Shown here piece after piece: positions 49,742 through 57,764 of a stretch of DNA of 64,000 nt. Origin of the DNA: Chlorobiota bacterium. GTDB taxonomy: Bacteria; Bacteroidota; Bacteroidia; Bacteroidales; VadinHA17. The stretch's first letter is position 1. The number at the start of each line of letters is the position of its first letter. Under the pieces are notes generated by a model. The model did no database searches and had not been told where the DNA came from. It saw only the letters and a program-made list of their open reading frames with translations. The stretch covers positions 57,455 through 121,454 of the forward strand of contig JAADHC010000072.1 of assembly GCA_013152085.1 (NCBI GenBank). The letters run 5' to 3'. The position numbers and the translations under genes were made by a program.

Positions 49742-50110
49742 TTAAAGTACAGGATAAAAAGCTTTCCGGATATGCTCAATGGTAAAACGATTTCCTTCGG
49801 TATGGATAATGATTACATCAAACCGTACCTCCGGTTCGATTTCCTTTTGCCGGATATAAGCATCTGTGGCATTAATTATGAATCTTTGTTTTTTCGGGGG
49901 AATCAGATCCCCGGGGAGTAGCGGGTCATCCTTTTTCCGGGTTTTCACTTCCACTATAACCAGTTCTTCGCCGTCAAAAGCAATAATATCAATTTCAAGA
50001 TGTTGAAAACGCCAGTTTTTTTCAATAATACGAAACCCGGCGTTTTCCAGAAACTCAGCAGCCAGTTTTTCCCCCTCTTTTCCCCTTTTGATATGACGGG
50101 CTTCAGCCAT
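49742..50110 (-). CDS. YraN family (UPF0102) endonuclease-like protein
   Basis: 122 aa with GEKLAAEFLENAGFRIIEKNWR...EIDIIA...LVIVEVKTR. Confidence 0.85.
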   Translation of the reverse strand: MAEARHIKRGKEGEKLAAEFLENAGFRIIEKNWRFQHLEIDIIAFDGEELVIVEVKTRKKDDPLLPGDLIPPKKQRFIINATDAYIRQKEIEPEVRFDVIIIHTEGNRFTIEHIRKAFYPVL

Positions 50111-50312
50111 GCTTTTCCTTACATAAATATTATACCTGCCCTTCGGACAAGTATTTCATCTTTGCGGAAAGTACGTTTCCCGGGTGTGATGAATCGTATC
50201 AAAAATAATATTTTCCCCGGAAACGTTCATCTATGGATTCCTTACACAGGTTTTATACGCATATCCGAAGGTTAATAATAAGGAGTGTTTTTCCGGTTTC
50301 ATCATCTTGTCT

Positions 50313-50320
50313 TATCTTTG
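50313..50320 (+). promoter_or_regulatory. Candidate -7 promoter box (TATCTTTG) for metG
   Basis: Exact TAnnTTTG match 30 nt upstream of the ATG at 50351. It lies inside the GTG-initiated extension of the track ORF. Confidence 0.35.
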
Positions 50321-50350
50321 TTGAACTTCACAGATGCAATGTACCCGACC

Positions 50351-52387
50351 ATGACAAAAAAATTCAAAAGGCACCTGATCACTTCGGCTTTGCCCTATGC
50401 CAACGGCCCGCTTCATATCGGCCATCTTGCCGGTGTTTATATTCCTTCGGATATTTATACGCGTTATCTCCGGCAGAAAGGGGAAGATGTCATATCCGTT
50501 TGCGGATCAGATGAACATGGTGTTCCGATAACGCTGAAAGCACGGCAGGAGGGGGTTTCTCCTCAATCCATTGTGGACAGGTATCATGCTATGAATAAGG
50601 AAGCTTTTGAAAAACTAAGGATTGCGTTTGATATTTATGCACGGACTACCTCGCCGGTACACTTTGAAACGGCATCAGGAATTTTTAAAACATTGTATGA
50701 CAAAGGGAATTTTATTGAGAAAACCACGGAGCAATATTACGATGAAGAGACCGGACAGTTTCTTGCCGACAGATATATTACGGGAACCTGCCCGCATTGC
50801 GGTTATGAAAAAGCCTACGGTGACCAGTGTGAGCAGTGTGGCTCATCCCTGTCGCCCACAGAATTGATCAATCCGAAATCAGCTGTTTCCGGAAATACAC
50901 CTGTTCTGAAAAAGACACGTCACTGGTATCTGCCACTCAATGAATATGAGCCTTTTCTGAGAGATTGGATTCTGGAGGGGCATAAAGAATGGAAACCCAA
51001 TGTTTACGGGCAGTGTAAATCCTGGCTGGATCAGGGTTTGCAGCCCCGTGCGGTGAGCCGGGATCTGGATTGGGGCGTACCGGTACCTGTCTCCGGAGCA
51101 GAAGGGAAGGTGCTTTACGTTTGGTTTGATGCCCCGATCGGATATATTTCGGCTACCAAAGAGCTAACCCCCGAATGGGAAAAATACTGGAAAGATCCTG
51201 AGACAAGGATGATCCATTTTATTGGAAAAGACAACATTGTTTTTCATTGTATTATCTTTCCTGCCATGCTGAAAGCCGAAGGCAGCTATATCCTTCCGGA
51301 TAACGTCCCGGCGAATGAATTCCTGAATCTTGAAGGAGATAAGATCTCCACTTCACGAAACTGGGCGGTATGGCTTCATGAATATCTGGAGGAATTCCCC
51401 GGTAAAGAAGATGTCCTGCGCTATGTTTTGTGTGCCAACGCACCCGAAACAAAAGACAATGATTTTACCTGGAAAGATTTTCAGGCAAAAAACAATAACG
51501 AACTTGTGGCAGTGCTGGGAAACTTTGTGAACCGGGCACTGGTATTGACCACCAAGCATTTTGAAGGGAAAGTCCCTGAAAGGGGTGTGTTGGGTGATTA
51601 TGATGAAGAAGTGCTATCGGCTTTGACAGATATTCGTAAACGGGTATCGGCAAGCCTTGATCAGTTCAGGTTCAGGGAAGCGCTGCACGAGGCAATGAAT
51701 ATGGCAAGACTGGGAAATAAATATTTATCGGATACCGAACCCTGGAGTGTAATCAAAACGGATAAGGAACGTGTAGGAACCATCCTGAATATCAGTTTGC
51801 AGATTACTGCCAACCTTTCCATTTTACTTGAGCCGTTTCTGCCTTTTACTACTGAAAAAATCCGGAAATTTATCGGTTTCCCATCTCATGAATGGTTGCT
51901 GATCGGAACCAAAGAGCTGCTTAAACCGGGGCATCCGGTGTCACGTCCTGATTACCTGTTTGAAAAAATCGGAGATGAAGTCATTGAAAAACAGGTTGAC
52001 AAGTTGTTACGATCGAAACAGGAGAATAACCGGCAGACCGGCAATCTTGAAACGGTAAAACCGGAGATTACATATGATGACTTTGCGAAACTGGATATCC
52101 GGATCGGTACGATCCTGGCTGCCGAAAAAGTGCCCAAAACGAAAAAACTCCTCAAACTGCAGATTGATACGGGTCTGGATAAGCGAACCGTTGTTTCCGG
52201 TATCGCAGAATATTTTACTCCTGAAGAGATTATCGGCAGGCAGGTATCTATCCTTGTAAATCTTGCCCCACGTAAGATCAGGGGAATGGAATCACAGGGA
52301 ATGATCCTGATGGCTGAAGATTCGGAAGGTAAGCTCTATTTTGTTACTCCCGGCGAAAAAGTTCCGGAAGGGATTATGGTTAAATAA
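50351..52387 (+). CDS. metG: Methionine--tRNA ligase with C-terminal Trbp111/EMAP-like tRNA-binding domain
   Basis: The ATG at 50351 gives [25 protein letters not shown] (HIGH motif). A zinc knuckle ([18 protein letters not shown]), a KMSKS variant (KISTSRNW) and a C-terminal DIRIGTIL...KLQIDTG domain are present. Confidence 0.95.
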   Translation: MTKKFKRHLITSALPYANGPLHIGHLAGVYIPSDIYTRYLRQKGEDVISVCGSDEHGVPITLKARQEGVSPQSIVDRYHAMNKEAFEKLRIAFDIYARTTSPVHFETASGIFKTLYDKGNFIEKTTEQYYDEETGQFLADRYITGTCPHCGYEKAYGDQCEQCGSSLSPTELINPKSAVSGNTPVLKKTRHWYLPLNEYEPFLRDWILEGHKEWKPNVYGQCKSWLDQGLQPRAVSRDLDWGVPVPVSGAEGKVLYVWFDAPIGYISATKELTPEWEKYWKDPETRMIHFIGKDNIVFHCIIFPAMLKAEGSYILPDNVPANEFLNLEGDKISTSRNWAVWLHEYLEEFPGKEDVLRYVLCANAPETKDNDFTWKDFQAKNNNELVAVLGNFVNRALVLTTKHFEGKVPERGVLGDYDEEVLSALTDIRKRVSASLDQFRFREALHEAMNMARLGNKYLSDTEPWSVIKTDKERVGTILNISLQITANLSILLEPFLPFTTEKIRKFIGFPSHEWLLIGTKELLKPGHPVSRPDYLFEKIGDEVIEKQVDKLLRSKQENNRQTGNLETVKPEITYDDFAKLDIRIGTILAAEKVPKTKKLLKLQIDTGLDKRTVVSGIAEYFTPEEIIGRQVSILVNLAPRKIRGMESQGMILMAEDSEGKLYFVTPGEKVPEGIMVK

Positions 52388-52556
52388 TTTTGTTTTTTCC
52401 GGAAAACAGCCGAAATTTCAAACAAACACAGCTTTAAAGTTTCGCTACTGACTTTTGCTATTCATCTTGTTTAAAATCCAATTTAATTGTATCAAAAGAA
52501 GAGGTCTTTCTAATTGAAGCATCTTTATAATCCTTGATACATCGGCGATCAGTAAA

Positions 52557-52588
52557 AAATAACTACGTAGTTAACTACGTAGTTATTT
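52557..52588. terminator. Perfect 32-bp palindrome (two tandem AACTACGTAGTT units); candidate bidirectional terminator between convergent metG and fumC
   Basis: AAATAACTACGTAGTTAACTACGTAGTTATTT is its own reverse complement. On the minus strand it is followed by a T-run (…ATTTTTTACT), 63 nt after the fumC stop. The plus-strand side is less U-rich. Confidence 0.5.
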
Positions 52589-52650
52589 AATATTGTCTGT
52601 ATAAATTCTATGCACAGGAATAAATTCGGATTATCCTTCAAAGGGATAAA

Positions 52651-54042
52651 CTAAAGTGCTCCGATCATTTTTGACGGATCCACCCATGCGTCGAATTGTT
52701 CTTCGGTAACCAGGCCTGATTCCAGGGCAGCCTCTTTTAAGGTTTTTCCTTCGGCATGAGCTTTTTTGGCAATTTTAGCTGAATTTTCGTAACCGATATG
52801 TGTGTTAAGAGCGGTTACCAGCATGAGTGAGTTTCGTAAGTTTTTCTCAATATTCTCCAGGTTGGGCTTAATCCCTACGGCACAATTGTCATTGAAGGAA
52901 ACGCATGCATCCCCGAGCAGGCGGGCAGACAGCAGGAAATTATAGATCATTACCGGTTTGAAAACATTCAACTGGAAATGTCCCTGCATTCCACCGATAT
53001 TGATCGCTGTATCGTTTCCGATTACCTGTGCACAGACCATGGTAAGGGCCTCATTTTGTGTGGGATTTACTTTTCCCGGCATAATCGAAGACCCCGGTTC
53101 GTTGGCCGGAAGAATAAGTTCACCGATGCCACAGCGCGGACCGGAAGCAAGGAAACGGGTATCATTGGCTATTTTCATCAGGCTTACGGCAAGGGTTTTT
53201 AAAGCACCTGAAGATTCCACTATGGCATCATGTGCTGCCAGGGATTCAAATTTATTGTGAGCTGTTTTAAAGGGGAAGCCCGTTAATTCGGCGATTTTTT
53301 TAGCCACCAGGACATCATATCCCCTGGGTGTATTAAGTCCGGTACCTACAGCGGTTCCGCCCAAAGCCAGTTCTGAAAGGTGATCCAGCGTGTTTTCCAG
53401 AGCTTTTAGTCCGTGATTAAGCTGGGAAGCATACCCTGAAAATTCCTGTCCCAGCGTAAGGGGGGTAGCATCCATGAGGTGGGTGCGTCCTGTTTTGACG
53501 ATTCCGGAAAACGCCTTGGATTTTTTAACCAGCGTATCCCTGAGTTTTCCAATACCCGGGATGGTGACTTCCATAAGCATTTTGTATGCTGCAATATGCA
53601 TGGCTGTCGGGAAAGTATCATTGGATGATTGTGATTTATTCACATCATCGTTGGGATGAATAAAGTGTTGACCTTCTCCCAGTTTGCCTCCTTTGAGGAC
53701 ATGAGCCCTGTTGGCAATCACCTCATTAACATTCATGTTTGATTGTGTTCCGGAACCTGTTTGCCACACAACAAGCGGGAACTGGTCATCGAGTTTTCCG
53801 TTCAGAATTTCATCGCAAACCTTCATAATCAGTTTTGCTTTTTCTTCGGGGAGTACACCAAGTTCCATATTGGCTATGGCCGCCGCTTTTTTCAGCACAC
53901 CAAAGGCATGGATAATCTCAACCGGCATGGTTCCCTCACCGATTTTAAAGTTGTTTTTCGATCGCTGGGTTTGTGCACCCCAGTACTTGTCAGCAGGGAC
54001 CTCAACGGTTCCCATGGTGTCATGTTCGATACGTGTTTTCAT
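52651..54042 (-). CDS. fumC: Class II fumarate hydratase
   Basis: 463 aa with the signature [11 protein letters not shown] and a typical N-terminus ([25 protein letters not shown]). Confidence 0.97.
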   Translation of the reverse strand: MKTRIEHDTMGTVEVPADKYWGAQTQRSKNNFKIGEGTMPVEIIHAFGVLKKAAAIANMELGVLPEEKAKLIMKVCDEILNGKLDDQFPLVVWQTGSGTQSNMNVNEVIANRAHVLKGGKLGEGQHFIHPNDDVNKSQSSNDTFPTAMHIAAYKMLMEVTIPGIGKLRDTLVKKSKAFSGIVKTGRTHLMDATPLTLGQEFSGYASQLNHGLKALENTLDHLSELALGGTAVGTGLNTPRGYDVLVAKKIAELTGFPFKTAHNKFESLAAHDAIVESSGALKTLAVSLMKIANDTRFLASGPRCGIGELILPANEPGSSIMPGKVNPTQNEALTMVCAQVIGNDTAINIGGMQGHFQLNVFKPVMIYNFLLSARLLGDACVSFNDNCAVGIKPNLENIEKNLRNSLMLVTALNTHIGYENSAKIAKKAHAEGKTLKEAALESGLVTEEQFDAWVDPSKMIGAL

Positions 54043-54056
54043 TGTAGTACGGTTTT

Positions 54057-55149
54057 TTAAAGTTTTCCGGCATATTCCATCAGATATGCTTTGATAAACG
54101 GGTTCAAATCTCCGTCAAGAACAGCCTGCACATTCCCGGTTTCATAACCTGTACGCAGGTCTTTTACAAGTTTATAAGGGTGTATCACATAACTACGGAT
54201 TTGCGAACCCCACTCTATTTTTTTCTTCTCTCCTTCGATTTTAGCTTGTTCTTCCTGTCTTTTTCGCAGTTCCATTTCATAGAGGTGTGATTTCAGGATC
54301 CGCAGGGCATTTTCCTTATTCTTAAGTTGCGAGCGGGTTTCCTGGTTTTCAATGACAATTCCGGTCGGAAGATGGCGCAGGCGTACAGCAGTTTCCACTT
54401 TGTTTACGTTTTGGCCCCCGGCCCCCGATGACCGGTAGGTTTCCCAGGTAATATCGGCAGGATTGATTTCGATTTCGATACTTTCATCCACCAGGGGTGC
54501 GACAAATACCGAGGCAAAGGTGGTTTGCCGTTTTCCCTGGGCATTAAAAGGGGATATTCTCACCAGGCGGTGTACACCGTTTTCTCCTTTCAGATATCCG
54601 TAGGCATAATTGCCTGTAAACTCAAGGGTAACCGATTTAACCCCGGCTTCATCACCTGCCTGGTATTCCACTTCCCTGACTTTATAGTTATTTTTTTCTC
54701 CCCAGCGCATATACATCCGCATCAGCATTTCCACCCAATCGAGGCTTTCGGTTCCACCGGCGCCAGAATTGATTTTCAGAAGGGCCCCGAGAATATCTTC
54801 TTCTTTACGAAGCATATTCTTAAGTTCCAGGTCTTCGAGCAGTTTCAGGGTAATTTCATATTGCCGGGAAACATCTGCTACGGAAGCTTCCCCTTCCTGG
54901 TGGAATTCCATCATCACCTGCAGGTCGTCCATGGCGTTTTTCAACTTGTCGAAAGCGGCGGTCCACCTTTTCAGGGAAGCAATATTCTTCAGTTGCCGTT
55001 CGGCTTTATGCCGGTCATTCCAGAAATCAGCAGCATGGGTAACTTTTTCCATTTCTGCAATGAGAGAGATTTTATCGTCAATCTCAAAGATGCCTCCTCA
55101 GCGCTTCCAGGCGCTTAATCATTTCTTTAACTGCTTCGGGTGAATACAT
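54057..55149 (-). CDS. prfB: Peptide chain release factor 2, expressed via programmed +1 ribosomal frameshift
   Basis: Frame 0 runs from the ATG at 55149 and encodes [21 protein letters not shown], then an in-frame TGA (55086-55084). The +1 frame continues [11 protein letters not shown] into the track ORF 54057..55052. That ORF carries the SPF and GGQ ([10 protein letters not shown]) motifs. Confidence 0.93.
55084..55098 (-). promoter_or_regulatory. prfB recoding signal: AGGAGG-CAT-CTT-TGA (internal SD-like element plus slippery CTT and in-frame TGA)
   Basis: The minus strand reads AGGAGG (55098-55093), CAT, CTT (55089-55087), TGA (55086-55084), then G. It has the same architecture as the E. 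coli prfB frameshift site. Confidence 0.9.
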
Positions 55150-55168
55150 AGTTTGAAATTTTTCCGAC

Positions 55169-55176
55169 CAAAGTTA
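55169..55176 (-). promoter_or_regulatory. Candidate -7 promoter box (TAACTTTG) for prfB
   Basis: Exact TAnnTTTG match on the minus strand, 19 nt upstream of the ATG at 55149. This supports that ATG as the true prfB start. Confidence 0.35.
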
Positions 55177-55212
55177 GTAATTAAATGACTTGGATTATAA
55201 AGAGACAAGATA

Positions 55213-55671
55213 CTATACAACATCATCGAGAACTTTTCGGATGATGTCCGGTTCATACCCTTTGGACAAGGCAAACCGCTGTAACCGGGCTAGCAGGTCA
55301 AAACGGTTTTTAGCATGAAGCATGGCACGTTTTTTCTTTAATTCCTGCATTAATGTTTGCAGGTATTCTTCTGGAGGAATTTCTTTCAGAGCTGCCTGCA
55401 TCAGTGTTTCCGGGATCTTTTTCAGAGCCAGGGCATGCCGGATTTTCTGTTTTCCCCATTTCTTCAGGCGATGATGATGCCGCACAAAAGCAAAGGCATA
55501 CCGTTTGTCATCAACAAATTTATTTTCGATAAGAAAAGTTAACAATTCCGCTTGCTGATCGGGGGGAAGCCCCCATGCAACCAGTTTTGCTTTCACGTCC
55601 GAACTGCATTTTTCCTGACGGCTGCAAAGCCGGGTAATTTTGTCACGTGCTTTCAGATATTCTTCGTTCAT
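55213..55671 (-). CDS. recX: Regulatory protein RecX
   Basis: About 152 aa of helical-repeat protein with a RecX-like pattern (CSRQEKCSSDVKAKL..., repeated F(V/I)DD.RYA). ATG at 55671; the track uses the GTG at 55677. Confidence 0.75.
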   Translation of the reverse strand: MNEEYLKARDKITRLCSRQEKCSSDVKAKLVAWGLPPDQQAELLTFLIENKFVDDKRYAFAFVRHHHRLKKWGKQKIRHALALKKIPETLMQAALKEIPPEEYLQTLMQELKKKRAMLHAKNRFDLLARLQRFALSKGYEPDIIRKVLDDVV

Positions 55672-55681
55672 TGACACAAAT

Positions 55682-56557
55682 CTAAGATTTTCTTCTTGCC
55701 CTGATCATTCTTTCTTTCCCATTAAGATCTTTCCTGATAACCGTATCAGGGAAACCGGTGTGCCTGCAGAGTTCAGCCACGCTCCCGGAAAATCTTTCAT
55801 GAACCTCGAAAAACAACATTCCATCGGGATGAAGTGCCTCAGATGAGAAGTTAAGTATGGCTCTATAAAAAATCAACGGATCATCTTCGGGGACAAACAA
55901 TGCTTTTGCAGGTTCGTACCGGGAAACTTCAGGCTGTAGTGCTGCTTTATCCGAGATGGGTATGTAGGGTGGATTTGAAATGATATGGTTAAAAAATCCG
56001 GGATCAAAGGTTTTGTCAGGATTCTGGATATCCATCTGAAAAAAGGTAATGGAAACATTATTTGCCCGGGCATTCTGCCTGGCGGTTACCAGTGCTTTTT
56101 CAGAAACATCGCAGGCAAAGATTTTTACCTGTGGTATTCGGGCCGCAAGGGCGATGGCTATGCACCCCGATCCTGTGCCGGTATCCAGAATATTTAACGG
56201 AGCGGCAGGTGTGTTGACAACCTGTAAAAACCAATGCACAAGTTCTTCGGTTTCGGGCCTGGGGATAAGAACGTGTGGATTCAGTCGGATTTTATGGTCA
56301 TAGAACGTCGTATGGCCGATAATGTATTGAAGTGGTCTGCGGTGTTTCAATTCCCCGAGAATATCCTTAACTTTCGACCATGATCCAGGGGTTACAGGCA
56401 GGGATGGACTGCGAAGAAACTCGATCCGTGAAAGAGAACAGGTATGTTCGATAATCAGATAACCCATTGCATCAGCCTCTTCGGGAGGATGGAGTGTACG
56501 AAGTTCATTACGAAGATAATGATGCAGTTCTTTTATGGTTTTCGGTGTGGCAGCCAT
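55682..56557 (-). CDS. prmC: Release factor glutamine N5-methyltransferase PrmC (HemK)
   Basis: The ATG at 56557 gives a 291-aa protein. It has a SAM motif (ILDTGTGSGCIAIALA) and the catalytic NPPY (IISNPPYIP). The track ORF extension to 56752 overlaps the divergent ribD. Confidence 0.88.
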   Translation of the reverse strand: MAATPKTIKELHHYLRNELRTLHPPEEADAMGYLIIEHTCSLSRIEFLRSPSLPVTPGSWSKVKDILGELKHRRPLQYIIGHTTFYDHKIRLNPHVLIPRPETEELVHWFLQVVNTPAAPLNILDTGTGSGCIAIALAARIPQVKIFACDVSEKALVTARQNARANNVSITFFQMDIQNPDKTFDPGFFNHIISNPPYIPISDKAALQPEVSRYEPAKALFVPEDDPLIFYRAILNFSSEALHPDGMLFFEVHERFSGSVAELCRHTGFPDTVIRKDLNGKERMIRARRKS

Positions 56558-56602
56558 TTTGTAAAAGTACAAACTCCTGCATAAAACATAAAGGGATTGT
56601 TT

Positions 56603-57652
56603 ATGGATGACAGGACTTATATGATGCGATGCCTGGACCTGGCCCGGTGTGGTTTGGGAACGACCTATCCAAATCCCCAGGTAGGGTCTGTTATTGTCCG
56701 TCACGGGAAGATTATTGCCGAAGGGTTTCATCGAAGAAGCGGGGAACCGCATGCCGAAGCGCTTGCTATTGCTGCCGTAAAGGATAAATCTTTATTAAAG
56801 GGATCATCCCTGTATGTAAGTCTTGAACCCTGTTCACACTTCGGTAAAACCCCTCCGTGTGCCGACCTGATTGTTTCATCGGGAATTCCCAGGGTCGTAG
56901 TGGGAACGCTGGATACCAGCAAAAAAGTAGCGGGGAAGGGCATCGGTATTCTTCGGGCAGGAGGATGTGAAGTGGTAACGGGTGTGCTGGAGAAAGAATG
57001 CCGACGGATCAACCGTAGATTTTTTACCTGGCATGAAAAAAGCCGTCCGTATATCATTTTGAAATGGGCAGAAAGTGCTGACGGTTTTATGGACCGGAAG
57101 CGTAACCCGGATGATTCTTCAGGGCCTGACTGGATCAGTGGCCCCCTGGGCAGACAACTGGTTCATAAATGGCGCAGTGAGGAGCAGTCCATCCTGGTGG
57201 GTACACGGACAGCACAGATTGACGATCCTTCCCTGACTGTTCGGGAGTGGACCGGAAGGCAGCCCCTGCGGCTGGTTATCGACAGGAAGTTATCGTTACC
57301 GGAAACCCTGAATCTTTTTAATGATAAAGCACCCACACTGATTTTTAACTCGCGTTTGAACCGGCCTGATAGCCAACCCGAATATATCAAACTGGATTTT
57401 AACGGTGATATCATTGATCAGATTCTGGAAGTTCTCTATCAGAGGCAAATTCAATCGGTGATTATTGAAGGAGGTGCGGATACTATAGAGAGATTTATAA
57501 AAAAGGAATTGTGGGATGAAGCCAGGGTTTTTACCGGAAAGATGAGGTTTTATGACGGGATTCAGGCTCCACGTCTGGCATTTCAGGTTGAGGAATCCGT
57601 GCATCTGCATGATTCAGTTTGTGATATCTATTTCCGGGAATCGGACAGGTGA
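56603..57652 (+). CDS. ribD: Bifunctional riboflavin biosynthesis deaminase/reductase RibD
   Basis: Deaminase zinc motifs (HAEALAI, PCSHFGKTPPC) and a C-terminal reductase domain. ATG at 56603; the track starts at the TTG at 56597. Confidence 0.92.
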   Translation: MDDRTYMMRCLDLARCGLGTTYPNPQVGSVIVRHGKIIAEGFHRRSGEPHAEALAIAAVKDKSLLKGSSLYVSLEPCSHFGKTPPCADLIVSSGIPRVVVGTLDTSKKVAGKGIGILRAGGCEVVTGVLEKECRRINRRFFTWHEKSRPYIILKWAESADGFMDRKRNPDDSSGPDWISGPLGRQLVHKWRSEEQSILVGTRTAQIDDPSLTVREWTGRQPLRLVIDRKLSLPETLNLFNDKAPTLIFNSRLNRPDSQPEYIKLDFNGDIIDQILEVLYQRQIQSVIIEGGADTIERFIKKELWDEARVFTGKMRFYDGIQAPRLAFQVEESVHLHDSVCDIYFRESDR

Positions 57653-57732
57653 GTAGGTTTAACTGCAACCAAATGAACGATTTTGCGTAAAAAGGATGTA
57701 TCGTATTTATTGAGAAAGTCAATAATAATCTT

Positions 57733-57740
57733 TAAATTTG
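57733..57740 (+). promoter_or_regulatory. Candidate -7 promoter box (TAAATTTG) for the TPR-caspase gene
   Basis: Exact TAnnTTTG match 24 nt upstream of the ATG at 57765. It overlaps the TTG at 57738 used by the ORF track, which argues against that start. Confidence 0.35.
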
Positions 57741-57764
57741 AGACAAATAAAAAGTGTTGCTGCG

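Noticed and set aside
49742-50110. YraN endonuclease-like gene plus MmcQ/YjbR gene as a possible toxin-antitoxin or defence pair
   Set aside because: Both are broadly conserved single-copy families found in ordinary chromosomal contexts. There are no mobile-element or island boundaries around them.
54525-55143. 197-aa and 124-aa plus-strand ORFs antisense to prfB
   Set aside because: They are shadow frames opposite a strongly supported RF2 gene. They show no motifs, and the apparent coding gap at 55053-55149 is explained by the prfB frameshift.
56558-56602. FMN riboswitch upstream of ribD
   Set aside because: The divergent prmC-ribD spacer is only about 45 nt, far too short for an FMN element.
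56558-56752. 65-codon N-terminal extension of prmC overlapping the divergent ribD start
   Set aside because: The ATG at 56557 gives a normal-length PrmC. The extension overlaps ribD coding sequence on the other strand and has no similarity to PrmC N-termini.
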